A DNA stretch of 64,000 nt from Rebecca billardiae RCC1528. Taxonomy: Eukaryota > Protista > Haptophyta. Of the stretch, positions 22,918 through 34,600 are shown piece after piece. The position numbers and the translations under genes were made by a program. Below the pieces are notes generated by a model. The model saw only the letters and a list, made by a program, of their open reading frames with translations, made no database searches and was not told the origin of the DNA. Position 1 is the first letter of the stretch; every line of letters begins with the position of its first letter. Location: positions 434,001 through 498,000 of the forward strand of contig OZ251230.1 of NCBI GenBank assembly GCA_965240325.2, given 5' to 3'.

Positions 22918-24720
22918 ATGCCCAGCGGCGGCGCACTCCGGCGGCTGCTGCTCATCGTCGCCGCGACGAGCGCGCACGCGCTGGTGGGGCGCGTGCCTAT
23001 GCGACCTGCCGCCTGCCCGCCCCCGCGCCCCCGCCTCGTCGCGGCGCCCCGGCGCGCCGTGGCGCGTGCCGTCCCACTGGGCGCGCGGCCGCTCATGCGC
23101 GCGGACGACGACGAGGGCGCCGAGGTGCCCGAGGCGGTGCTCGCGGCGGTGGAGCGCTCGGGCGCGCGCTCGGGCGGCTCTGGTGCCCGGGTGACCGACG
23201 CCGACGTCGCCGTCCTCGCCGGCCTGCCCATCGAGGAGGCGCGGCGTGGGCTGATTGCGCTCGCGCGCATGACGGGCGCCGAGCTCGAGGTGTCGCCCGT
23301 GGGCGACATCGAGTACGGCTTCCCGGCGAACGTGCGCGGCGCGCTCCAGCGCGAGTCGGCTATCGCGCGGCGCCGCGCCACGTGGCTCGCGTGGCGCCCG
23401 CGGCTCGCCACGGCCGCGCGCACCGCGTACGGCGTCGGGCTGTTTGCGTCGCTCGCGCTCGCGACGCTCGCCATCACCGTCCTCGCCGCGTCGGGCGCGT
23501 CGTCGTCGTCGTCGGACTCGGATCGGAACAGCGGCGGGTACTCGTCGCGGCAGGTGAGCTACTCGTACGTCAACGCCTTCCCCTCGCCCTTCGACATCTG
23601 GTACTACTCGCGCCCGCGGCCGTACCTGTACTACGGCGCGGCGGCGGAGGAGCGCGAGGGGCGGCGCGGCCGCGGCCGCGGCGCCGACGGCGCGCGGCCG
23701 CTCAACTTCTTCGAGGCGTGCTACTCGCTCGTGTTCGGTGACGGGGATCCGAACGTGGAGCTGGACGAGCGGCGCTGGCGCCTGGTCGCCGCGCTCATCC
23801 GCGAGAACCGCGGCGTGCTCACCGCCGAGCAGCTGGCGCCGTTCCTTGAGCCGCCGCGCGAGCCACTGGCAGACGGCACTGCTGACGGCGTGCGCGTCGG
23901 AGACGGCGGCGTGGACGAGAGCTGGGTGCTGCCGGCGCTCGAGCGGTTCGGCGGGGTGCCTCAGGTGGTGGCGGACAGCGCGGGCACCGCGCGCATCGTG
24001 TACACCTTCCCCGAGCTCAGCACCTCCGCGCGCGGCGCCGCGGGCTCGCAGGAGGCGCTGCTGCCCGCCGACCGCTCGCTCGTGCGGGCGTCCGCGCGCG
24101 GCCTGCCGGACGGCTACCTCGCCGAGCAGCCCGTGCCGTTCTCGCGCGCCGAGCCGGCGCAGCTGGTACAGGCCGGGCTGCTCTCGGCGGCCAACCTCGC
24201 CGCGATCCTCACCCTCGGCCGCTACCTGCGCGCTGCGCGCGCCGCGGGCACCCTCGCCACCACGGCGTCCGCGTCGGGCGCCGTCGCGGCCGCGTCCGCG
24301 CTCTACGCGCCGCTGCTGCTGTACGCGGCCGTCTCGGCGGGGGCGCCGCTGCTGCGCAACTTGGTGCGCAGGCGCGCGAACGCGGCGCGCGAGGCGCGCA
24401 ACGCGCTGCGCGCGCAGTGGGCCCAGACCATCTCGCGCGGCAGGCGCTCGCCCGAGCTCGAGCGCAAGCTGCTCGCCGCGCGCCGCACCAAGCCCGAGCC
24501 GCCCGGCCGCGGCGCGCGGCGCGCAGACGCCGAGCCGCTGTACAGCACGCGGCGCAGCGCGTTCGAGGAGGGCGGCGGGGCGGGCGATGTGCTGCGCAGC
24601 TTCGACGAGCGGCTCGCCGCGCGCGAGCGCGCGGGCGGCAAGCAAGGGCGCGGCGGCTCGGCGAGCCAAGCGTGGCGCGACGACGGCGATGACGACATCA
24701 TTGACGTGCGCCCCCTCTGA
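22918..24720 (+). CDS. Plastid-targeted membrane protein similar to Arabidopsis At5g03900 family
   Basis: [13 protein letters not shown]...[14 protein letters not shown] and [16 protein letters not shown]...[26 protein letters not shown] are family-like; N-terminal signal peptide plus Arg/Pro-rich transit peptide. Confidence 0.85.
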   Translation: MPSGGALRRLLLIVAATSAHALVGRVPMRPAACPPPRPRLVAAPRRAVARAVPLGARPLMRADDDEGAEVPEAVLAAVERSGARSGGSGARVTDADVAVLAGLPIEEARRGLIALARMTGAELEVSPVGDIEYGFPANVRGALQRESAIARRRATWLAWRPRLATAARTAYGVGLFASLALATLAITVLAASGASSSSSDSDRNSGGYSSRQVSYSYVNAFPSPFDIWYYSRPRPYLYYGAAAEEREGRRGRGRGADGARPLNFFEACYSLVFGDGDPNVELDERRWRLVAALIRENRGVLTAEQLAPFLEPPREPLADGTADGVRVGDGGVDESWVLPALERFGGVPQVVADSAGTARIVYTFPELSTSARGAAGSQEALLPADRSLVRASARGLPDGYLAEQPVPFSRAEPAQLVQAGLLSAANLAAILTLGRYLRAARAAGTLATTASASGAVAAASALYAPLLLYAAVSAGAPLLRNLVRRRANAAREARNALRAQWAQTISRGRRSPELERKLLAARRTKPEPPGRGARRADAEPLYSTRRSAFEEGGGAGDVLRSFDERLAARERAGGKQGRGGSASQAWRDDGDDDIIDVRPL

Positions 24721-25476
24721 CACAGTCACTCACGCGCTGTCACGCGCCCACCCACCCCAGACTGAGCGCTGAGGCCGAGGCGTGGGCCGGGGAGCCGCGC
24801 CGCGCCTGCAATAACACCGGCAGAGCATGCGCCGGCGCGCGCCGGGCGGCGGCGGGTGCGCGCGGCTGCTGATGGGGCAGCTGCGGGCGCACCTCCCGCC
24901 GGCATACGGCGTGCCATGCTGTCATGCCATGCACGCTGCGCCCGACGAGTAGCAGCACGACTGCAGTACCGACTGCAGGTCTGCAGGCGACTGCTCTGAC
25001 GCGAGTCACAGTCGTCATCTTATTACTGCGCTGTACGTATCGTACTCCCAAAACTCACTGAACCGTAGTAGCGCCAGATGGCACTCTAACATCAGGCCGC
25101 CTCAGACAGGCCACCCGCGTCTCACTGCATCGCGCATGTGACGCGCCACTCACGTAGTGCGCGACTGCGCGCACGCGCCCGCAGTCTGAAGCTCTGAGCA
25201 GACAGTCACAGTGAGTCTCGGGCGCAGCGAGATCGCGCACGCGGTCGTGCCACTGTTACAAGCGCGCCGCCACTCGACGCTGCCTCCACTCTCCAGCCGC
25301 CGATACTCAGAGCGCGATTCGGCATAGCCACGTATTATTCATCATCGATGGCGATGGCAGTAAATTAATAATGACCGCGCCGCGATATGATGCCTCGACT
25401 ACTACGAATTATTATAACCAAATAACTGTCGTCAGATCGCGGCTCGCACTCTGAATTCTGAAACCGCAAGTCCGAC

Positions 25477-27585
25477 TCAGTCGAGATCGCTCAGCCACAG
25501 CGGCACGTACCCGTTGAGCTTCCCGACGAGGTACTCGCGCTCCGCGCCGTCCGAGCGCAGCTGGCCCCACTCGTAGTACGGGACGGTGATCACGCGCCAG
25601 CCCTCGAGGCGCAGCAGGCGCAGCTTGAGCTCGGTGCCGCCGGCCAGCTCCGTCCCCGCCATCGCGAAGTGCGAGGGCCCGAGCACCTCGACGATCACGC
25701 CCGCCGAGCCGTCGCCCACGAGGATGTCGACCGAGCACTGCAGCGCGCCGATCACCGCCTCGTTGGCGTGCGGCACGCCGAGCGAGCGGAGGCACGCGGA
25801 GACGCGGCGGTGCAGCAGGGAGGAGGCGCGCGCGGCAGGCACGCGCGTGCGCGCGCCCCAGCTCCAGTGAGCATCCGCCTCGGCATCCTCGGCCTCGGCG
25901 CCGCGCGCGCGCGCCGACCGCAGCGCGCGCGCGCGCAGCCGCGGCGCCGGCCGGAAGTGCCACGGCCCCTCGAGGGCGAGGCAGGCGGCGCAGTTGTGCA
26001 GCTGGCTGAGGTGCGAGGCCTTCAGCCCGCGCGCGGGCGCATCTCGCTCGTCCGCGTTGAGCGCGTCCACCAGCGCCGTCGTCAGCTCGCGCGGGAGGTA
26101 CCCCTTGCAGCACAGCGCCCAGAGCAGCGTCACCTGCTGCCGCGGCCGCAGCTCGCGCACGCGCTGCGGCATGTGGCCGCCGATGGCCTGGAGCAGAGCG
26201 GGGGCGGGCACGCCGTTCGACGCCGCCGCCCAGGCGGTGGCCGCGAGCCTCGCGGGCGGGAGGGCGTGCACGCTCGACGCGAGCTGCTCGTGCAGGAACT
26301 CCACCAGCTCGCGGCAGGTCACCGCCGCGTCCGCCGCCGCCGCCGCGACGTGCGCCTCGTCGTCGTCGTCGTCGTCGTCCGCGACCAGAGCGCGGGCCGG
26401 CGCGGGCGTGGCGGCGGCGGCGGCGGTGGCAGCGGCGACGGCGCGGCTGGGGGCCGCTCGGACGGTCTGCTCGAGCGTTGGCGCGTCGGGCGGGCCGCAC
26501 AGCTGCGCGGGCACCGCGACGCGTGTGAACGCCCAGAGCAGCCGGCTCTGCTGCATCGGCGTGAAGCGCACGCGCCGCCGCGGGTGCCGCCCCTTGAGGG
26601 GAGGCAGCGCCGCGCCACCGCCCGGCGGCTCAGAGCGCGCGGCGGGCGCGGCCGCCGCCTGGGCGCGCGCGGCGGGCGGGGGCACGGGCTCGTCCGCCCA
26701 CTTGGTGCGCTCGAGCACAGACGCGGCGAGCACACCCGCCAGCGCAGTCCTGTCCTCCCGGACGACCCCGGCACTGGTCGCCGCGCGCGTGAAGAAGTCG
26801 CCCATCTCAGTCAGCTCGGCCGGTGAGAGCGAGCGGAGGAGGTCGCGGCCCGCGCGCTCGCGGCCGGCGAGCAGGCGGGTGAGCGCGGCGTAGAGCATGC
26901 GGCTGCTCTTTCGCGTGACGACGCGCGAGCTCGGGCGGAGTGCGAACGAGTACGCCTTCACCACGCTGTTGAGCTCCGCGCCGCGCAGCCGGCGCAGCCA
27001 GTCCGTCTGCGTCGCCAGCAGCGCCGCCTGCGCAAAGAGCTGCTGCAGCAGCGCGCGCTCGGAGCTCTCGCTCGGGCTGCCCGGTGCGGCGGACGGCGGG
27101 TGCAGCTCGGTGACCTGCGGGGGCGTTAGCCCGTCCTCCTCCTCGTCCTCCAACATCTCGGCGCCGGCCGAGCCGAGCTGCGCCGGCGGCAACCAACGCG
27201 AGGCGGCGCTGAGCACATCCGCCACGCTGCCGGGCTGGAGATCGCGCAGCCGGTCGAGCGCGGCCGCGGCGAGCGCCGCGCTTGAGAGCGCAGCGCGGGA
27301 GCGCACTTCGGCGTCTCTATCGTAGTCCCAGACGTCACGAGCGAGCTCCGCGGCCGTGCTCTCGATCTCTGCGACAGGCGTCAACGGTCCGAGGGCGGCT
27401 GGCGGCGCGACAGGCTTCCGAGGCGGCGCGCGCGCTGACCGGGCGCGCTGCTTGGCCGGCGTGCCCGCACGCTCAGCGCGGCACGCGGCGCTCGTGCAAA
27501 GCGCGCGGCGCACGAGTGCGCCGGCCAGCACGCCCGCGCCAAGCCGGGCCGGTAAGAGCGGGAACGCGCTCCTTATCGCCGCCAT
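25477..27585 (-). CDS. RAP-domain (FASTK/OPR-like) organellar RNA-binding protein
   Basis: C-terminal SVDIL..VIVEVLGPSHF...ELKLRLLRLEGWRVITVPYYEW; helical repeats (LLWAF, TAWAAA, LLWAL); mitochondrial-like presequence from ATG 27585. Confidence 0.87.
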   Translation of the reverse strand: MAAIRSAFPLLPARLGAGVLAGALVRRALCTSAACRAERAGTPAKQRARSARAPPRKPVAPPAALGPLTPVAEIESTAAELARDVWDYDRDAEVRSRAALSSAALAAAALDRLRDLQPGSVADVLSAASRWLPPAQLGSAGAEMLEDEEEDGLTPPQVTELHPPSAAPGSPSESSERALLQQLFAQAALLATQTDWLRRLRGAELNSVVKAYSFALRPSSRVVTRKSSRMLYAALTRLLAGRERAGRDLLRSLSPAELTEMGDFFTRAATSAGVVREDRTALAGVLAASVLERTKWADEPVPPPAARAQAAAAPAARSEPPGGGAALPPLKGRHPRRRVRFTPMQQSRLLWAFTRVAVPAQLCGPPDAPTLEQTVRAAPSRAVAAATAAAAATPAPARALVADDDDDDDEAHVAAAAADAAVTCRELVEFLHEQLASSVHALPPARLAATAWAAASNGVPAPALLQAIGGHMPQRVRELRPRQQVTLLWALCCKGYLPRELTTALVDALNADERDAPARGLKASHLSQLHNCAACLALEGPWHFRPAPRLRARALRSARARGAEAEDAEADAHWSWGARTRVPAARASSLLHRRVSACLRSLGVPHANEAVIGALQCSVDILVGDGSAGVIVEVLGPSHFAMAGTELAGGTELKLRLLRLEGWRVITVPYYEWGQLRSDGAEREYLVGKLNGYVPLWLSDLD

Positions 27586-27885
27586 CCTCCCGATGCATGA
27601 CCCAGCCGTCGTCCTGCATAGCACAAGTCCGGATCTTCCGAGCGGAAGACAGTCAGTCCTTTGTTCATCAGTGGCAGTCAGGCTTTCAGCTTCCTGAAGA
27701 CTCATCAATGACAAAAGACGCATGACTGCGTCCCCAGTGAAGGCGATTACCCCCATATCGCTCAACTGCCCACCTGCCAAATCTTCAGCCGCCGCTGCGG
27801 CCTCGCGTGCGCATCGCACCTGGCACTCAGGCGCGACTCGGTGGGGAGAGCTCTCCTCTCGGGGTCCTCGGGCGGCTGCGGCGCG

Positions 27886-29048
27886 ATGAGCAAGCTCAAG
27901 GTGGACCCGTCGCCAGACATCTCGTTCGATGTGATCGGTGGCAAGCCGAGCTCATGCCCGCTGCGCCTCTTCAACAGCGGGACCGACCACATGGCCTTTA
28001 AGGTGAAGACGACGGCGCCGAAGAAATACTGCGTGCGGCCCAACGCGGGCGTGATCCCGCCAGGCAAGCACGTGGAGGTGCACGTGATCCCGCAGGTGGG
28101 GAGGGGGGGCGAGGGGATCCTCGCATCCGACCTTCAGGGCAAGTGCAAGGACAAATTCATGATCCAGTCCACGACTGTGCCAGTCGACGAGCCGCTCACG
28201 CCCGAGCTGTGGGGGCAGGTGCCGCCCGCTGAGCTAGGGCAGACGCTGCTCCGATGCAAGTACAAGGTGCGCGCGCGCGCCGCGCGCGCGGCGGGCTGCG
28301 CGCGCGGCGGCTCGCGCGTCGCGCCGCGTGGCCGGCGCGCCGGGCCCGCTCCTCGCGCTGAGCACGCACGCTTTGGCTGCTTCCCGACGGGCGCGCGCCC
28401 TCGGTGTGTGCTGCTTGCGTCGCGCGCGTGCGCCGCACAGCTTGCATCGACGGCGGGAGGCGAGAGCGGCTCGATCCCAGAGGGCGAGACGACGCTGACT
28501 GGCGTGCCCACCGTCAGCACCATCGACGTGAACGCGATGGACTTCTCCAACGCCGACGCGGTGCGTGACGCGTGCACGCGCGGGGCCCACCCACTGCCCA
28601 TCGCCTCGGCCCAGCGCCCGGCCCCCGCCGCTCCGCTCGGCGCCGCCCAGCACCCGCCGCGCGGCGAGGCGGCCGGCCCCACCCAGCCCCCGCGGCGAGC
28701 TCTGACGACCCGCTGCGCCCTCGCGGCCGCGCGCTCGCCTCCTCGCCTCCGCCCCGCGCACGCCCGCTCGCGCCCCGCGCGGCTGTGCGCCAGGTGAAGG
28801 CGAAGATCGTCGAGATGAACAAGGCGGTCGAGACGCAGGCGCTGGCCGCGGCGCGCAAGGTGCGCGAGCTGCAGGAGGAGAATGCGAAGCTCTCGGCGCG
28901 CCCGAGCGGCGGCGAGGTGGCGCGGCGCACGTTCGACGCGAAGGCGGCGCCCGCGGCCGAGGGCTTCACCCCGCTCTTCATCGTCATCGTCTCGCTGTGC
29001 ACGTACCTGCTCGGCATGACGACGTCGCTAGTGTCGCTGCCCAAGTGA
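27886..29048 (+). CDS. VAP: VAMP-associated protein (MSP domain, coiled coil, C-terminal TM anchor); exons 27886-28266, 28441-28560, 28794-29048
   Basis: AFKVKTTAPKKYCVRPNAGVI signature, KDKFMIQS; two GT-AG introns. Confidence 0.95.
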
Positions 29049-29997
29049 GGCGGCCGCGGTGCGGCGGCCCGTCTGTGCGGCCGCCGCTCTTGCAGCGACG
29101 TGCGCGCTCGCGTGCCGACGCCAGCGCGCCGCGAGTGAGCGGCGCCATCACGATCGTCGACCCCGCTTGGGCCGCGCGTGGCTCATCTCCCTGCGGCAAG
29201 GCGGTTGTCGAGGGTCACCTCGGCAACGGGGCGGACGGAGCCTGCGCGGCGCGCTCCCAGCGGCCCGTTGGCGTCTGCCGCCATCACCTGTCGATCTGAA
29301 ATGCTGCCCTGCCGGGGCAGCCGCTCGCCCGGATGTACCCTATCCGGACGCATTTGTGCCCTGGGACGGCCTACCGCCCACACTTCTCTCCTCCGAGGCC
29401 TCGCCGTCGCAGTTTGATTCAAGGCTGGCACGGCGGCGAGACTCAGACTCAGTCGTGACAGTCTCTCAGGCTTCCGGCTCGCGTCCTATCGCGGATCACT
29501 GAATCAGACTACGCTGCGCGCTGGCAACTGTTACCATGCTGCGTACAAGTAATGGCCCATCAGCGCAGCGGCGGTCACTCAGCGCGTAATTCAGCAACGC
29601 TGAGGCACATGACTCCCAAGCACTGGAAAATTGGATTGCCAGATTTGCCGCGCATCCAGGATCTGGATGCGCGGCAGCGCCTATGTCATCGTAAGCTACA
29701 GTTTGACAATGGAATGAAAGGGGGGGTGTATCTTCAATCTACACCCCCATACGGCCATACATGAATCAGGATTCAGGAACGGAGGTGCCCAGCGGGCAGC
29801 CGGCGTCCGGCGACCTCTGCGCATGTCGTAGTGCGCGTGGGCGCAAGCGCGTTGCGGCCGGGCGGTCGTCCGATCGGCGCTGGGCGTCATGCGTGAGCAG
29901 CGGGCAAAGAGCCCTGAAGGCGCTGCCAGCGTTGTGCTCCAGCATGAGTGGCGTGACCTCGTGCTCGAGGCGCACCTTCACTACCAGCCGGCCCCCG

Positions 29998-31072
29998 CAG
30001 AACATCGTCGAGGGACACATGTACCCTCATCACCCCGTCGTGCTGCAAGTGCCACTGCAGGCCTAGGCTGTGGGCAGAGCGTACGTCACCGAGCTGAATG
30101 GCCTGCGTGTCCCTGCAGAGTACGACTGCGACATCTTCAACAAGAAGGGGGGGTCGTGGGGTAACCACAAATACTTTTTTGAGGTGCCTTCACGCTGGAC
30201 GGCCTGGGAGCACCACGCGATGCTCCAGTCCGGGATCACGTTGTTCCAGCCAAAGCTGCCGATCGTTGACGACGAGTACAACGAGCATGTGGCGGCTTAC
30301 CCGTCGGTGCTGCATGCACACGCGGCGCAGCCATACGCCGTCCTCGAGCTCAGCGCGCTTTGCTGGCGAACTTAGGGCTCGCGCACAGTCGCCTTCCATC
30401 GCGCGCTCCACCCTGACTGCTCTTTCCGCGCGCACTTTGTCGAGCCGTTTGCGCTGAGCTACGCCGCCATCCGGCACGTGTTGGATATCATCGGCATCAC
30501 GCCGATGCCGAGCGTGCGGCAGGCTGCTGCCGCCACCGCCTGTGGCGGAGGCGTTGGCGTGTACACCGCGGAGTGTGACAATGCGACCGTGCGTGCCGCG
30601 TGGGCTGCGAGCCTTCCTCGATGCGGAGCACATCAATCACTCGATATGGTTGACGTGGATGTTCAAGGGAGCGAGTGGGAGGTAGTGCGCGGCACCATCG
30701 AGCTGCTGCCGCGAAGGTGTACCGGCTGATCATCGGCACACACGAGAGGCGCATGCACAAGCCCAGCACAAGGGCCTCCACGGGGTGCTGCGGGAGCACA
30801 GGTGGAGCATTGCCTTCGAGACGGTGCAGCAGACGAAGGCAGGCTACACGGGCATGACCAAGGTATTGCGTGGGTTCTACATGCGGCCCACGACGCACTG
30901 CTGGCGCTTCAATTGGAAACGCGCCCAGAGGGAGGGCTGCCACCACAACACGCCGCAGGGCCGAGTGATCCACTTTTCCACCGCGACGGCGAGATCATTG
31001 CTGCGGCTGACAACGCGCGAGTCGTTGAGTCTCCAAAGCGCACCTACTGTGTTCGCCGGCAGATACAGCTAA
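29998..31072 (+). pseudogene. Decayed FkbM-family (Methyltransf_21-like) SAM methyltransferase
   Basis: Collinear fragments DDEYNEH..YAVLELSA, FVEP, LDMVDVDVQGSE, KVYRLIIGTH, DGEIIA broken by TAG at 30064-30066 and 30373-30375 and by frameshifts near 30708 and 30762; lower GC than live genes. Boundaries approximate. Confidence 0.65.
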
Positions 31073-31662
31073 CCGCAAGGTGGATGGTCTCAGAGACAAG
31101 CCACTGGCATGCCGAGCACGCGCTGCGGCCCGTTGCATCCGAGCTCGCGGTGACTCGGTGAGTCCGCACCGGGTACTCTTGCGGCAGTAGCTTGCGGATC
31201 ACAGCGTCATAGATGCGTCAGTGATGCGCACCACCGTGGCACTGATGTCCAAAAACATGCCGCTGCGGCTTTGAACATGGGCGGTGACAGCTGGCGTCAA
31301 TATCGCCTGAGCTGCCTGTGCGTAGCAGCCTGACTTATTCTTATTATACACCGTAGCTGACGAGTGACCGTGGGCCGCGCTGAATCGCGCTGAACTCCAG
31401 CGACGAATTCGAGCTCGCCAACGGGTGGTGAGCGGACTAGCGCGCGCGCGGCACCGGGCGGCCGCGCTTTGAAAGTCGAGCTTCGGCCCGAGTCCGGAGC
31501 GCCACGGATTCCGTCCTTGGCGCGCGGGGAAGCGGAGCCAGCCGGCTGGCGAGCGGCGCACAAGTTCGCTGGGCGAGTGGGCGCGAAGAATCATCAAGGT
31601 CGGTCGGGCATCCTGCCGTCGTCGTCGCGTGGCTCTCGCGAGTAGCCTCACCCGCGCGCGCC

Positions 31663-34600
31663 ATGTTCGGCCTGTTCCGGCGCAAGGCGGAGGCGCCGCC
31701 GCCGCCGCTCGCCGAGCTGTTCGAGCTCGACCGCCTCAAGTTCTACGCTGCGTGCCTCGTGCTGCTGCTCCTCTTCAAGCTCGTCTCGCGCGCCTTCCGC
31801 CGCTCGTACGCGTCGGCAGTCGCGCGCAAGGGCGCGACTGCGCCGTTCAAGCCGCTGCTGTGCAAGGACGCGGCCGCGCCGGCTGGCTCGAAGGGCAAGG
31901 TGGTCGTCATTGGCGGTGGCGGTGCGCGCCTGCCTCCACCGCGCGCCCGCGCGAGCCGCCTCGCGCGCGAGGCGCGCGCGCGCGCGCGCACGCGGCGGTG
32001 CCGCCGGCGTGCCGTCACTGCGACGCTGAGCGCGCGCACGGCTGCGCCGCCACCGTCCCCGACGCCGCTGCCGCCGCGCAGGCTTCCTGGGGCGGCACGT
32101 GGTTGACCAGCTCATCCACAAGGGCTTCTCCGTCCACGTCTTCGACATGCCCGGCGGCTGCCTGCACCCGCGCTCGGACGCGGTGTACAAGCAGGGCGAC
32201 ATCACGTCTGTCGACCAGCTGCGCGCGGCGCTCGGCGGCGCGGTGGCGGTGGTGCACGCGGCGGTGGCGCCCGCGTCGTGCGCGGACGCGCGCAAGATCG
32301 AGGCGATCAACGTCGGCGGCACGCGCGCCGTCCTCGAGGCCGCCCGCGCCGCCGGCGTGCGCGCGCTCGTGTACACGTCGTCCGCGTCCGTCGTGTTTGA
32401 GGGCGACAGCCTCACCGACGTCGACGAGCTGCAGCCGTACGCTGACGGCTCGCGCGCGGACGCGGCGACGAGCGCGCGCGCGCGGGCGGAGGCGCTGGTG
32501 CTCGCCGCGTCGGAGGGCTCGTTCGCCACGTGCGCCATCCGCCCCGGCGTGCTCTACGGCCAGCTCGACCCCGTGTTCGTGCCGGGGCTCGCCGCGGCCG
32601 CGTACACGGGCGGTTCGGCGGTCGTGCTCGGCGGCGGCAAGAACTTCGCCGACTTCACGTACGCGGAGAACGCGGCGCACGCGCACGTGCTCGCGGTGGA
32701 GGCGCTGCTCTCGGCGGAGCGCAAGGCCGGCGTCACCGGCCGCGCCTTCTTCGTCACCGACGGCGAGCCCACCCCCTTCTGGGGCTTCTGCGGCTGCGTG
32801 CTGTACGGGCTGGGGTACGCGGCGCCGTGGCTCAAGCTGCCGCCAGCACTCGGCGCGCTGCTGCTCGGCGGCCTCTCGCGCCAGGCGGTGGCGTTCGCGA
32901 CGACGCACCACTACTTCTCGATCGCGGCGGCGCGCTCCGCGCTGGGGTACACGCCGCTCGTCTCGCAGGCCGACGCGCTCGACGCCACCGTCAAGCACTT
33001 CGCCCACCTGCGCGCGGGCGTGCACGGGCCCGCGCCGCTCTGCTCGCTGCTCGAGCTCGCGAGCGCGACGACGCTCTGCGCGGCGCTCGCGCACGCGGCG
33101 CTGACGGCGCCGTTCGAGCAGCTCGAGGTGGCGCGCGCCGCGGTGTTCGAGGCGCTCGCGCCCGCCGTCGCGCCGCTCGTCGACGCCGGCGTCCCCTTCG
33201 CCTCGCAGCAGCCGCACCTCACCCTGCTCGCGCTCGGCGGCGCGCTCGGCGGCGCTCTGCTGGCGGCCGTGTGCCCGCGCGCGCGGCCGCTCAAGCAGCC
33301 GCGCGTCTTCCCGCCGACGATCCCGGGCATGCCGCTCGTGGGCAACCTGGTGGACTTCCTCAAGGGCCCGCTCGACCTGATCGCCGTCGCGCGCAAGCAC
33401 CACCGCAACATCTTCACGCTGCGCATCGGCCCGCAGCCCATCACCTTCTGCTGCCACCCCGACGGGTACGAGACGTTTGCGCGCGGCAAGGACGACGTGC
33501 TCGACCAGGCGGCCGTGTACGGCTTCACCGTGCCCGCGTTTGGCAAGAACGTCGTGTACGACGCGCCGCTGGACAAGCGGCTGCAGCAGATCAACTTCGT
33601 CGCGGCGATCATGAACACCTCGACCATGCGCTCGTACGTGCCCAAGATCATCAAGGAGGCCGAGGACTTCTTCGACCAGTGGGGCGAGGAGGGGCAGGTT
33701 GAGCTGCACAAGGAGATCGCGCAGCTCACGACGCTCACCGCCTCGCGCTGCCTGCACGGCCACGAGGTGCGCGAGACGCTGTGCAAGGAGGTGGCGGACC
33801 TGTACCACGACATCGACGGCGGGATGCAGCCCATCTCCACCATCATGCCGCGCCTGCCCATCGAGCCGCACCGCAGGCGCGACGCGGCGCGCAAGGAGCT
33901 CGCCAAGCTGTTCGGTGCGCGCAGCGCGCCCGGCGCGCCCGCCCCCGCCCGCGCCGCCGCGCCGCCGGGCGGAGCGCGCGCGCGCGCGCGCCGCAGCGCG
34001 GCGCCGGGCGAGCGACGCGGGGGCGGGCGCGCGGCGCGATGCGCGAGGGGGTGAAGAGAGACTAGTTGCCGCCCCAGGCCGAGTCATAACGGTGACGATC
34101 GCAACTTGCACGTCAGTCAGACCCTCGCGGGCGCGCGCGCGCAATGGGCGTGCGCGCCGCCCCCCTCTCTCCCTCCGGCGCGCGGCGCGGCGCCCTCGCG
34201 CGCTCACGCGCCCGCGCGCGCCGCGCACCGCGCACGCGCCGCGCGCGGCACGGCGGCGCAGGCAGCGTGATCGACAAGCGCAAGGCGTCGGGCGAGAAGG
34301 GCGACGACATCCTGCAGGTCTTCATCGACGCGCGGTACAAGGACGGCACCGCGCTGACCAACGACGAGATCACGGGCCTGCTGATCACGCTGCTCTTTGC
34401 GGGGCAGCACACCTCCTCCATCACCGGCACGTGGCTCGGCATGAACATCGTGGGCTACGGCTACCTCGACGCGGTGTACCAGGAGCAGAAGGCGGCGCGC
34501 GCGGCGAACAACGGCGAGCTCAACTACGACGCACTGATGAGCATGTCGCTCATGCGCAACTGCATCTCCGAGACGCTGCGGTGCGCGCGCGCGACCGCGC

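Noticed and set aside
30064-30375. In-frame TAG codons as evidence of stop-codon reassignment, with the odd tRNA-Gln as suppressor
   Set aside because: The region also has frameshifts, TAG ends intact genes (myosin, ALDH, FLZ), and the tRNA anticodon is TTG.
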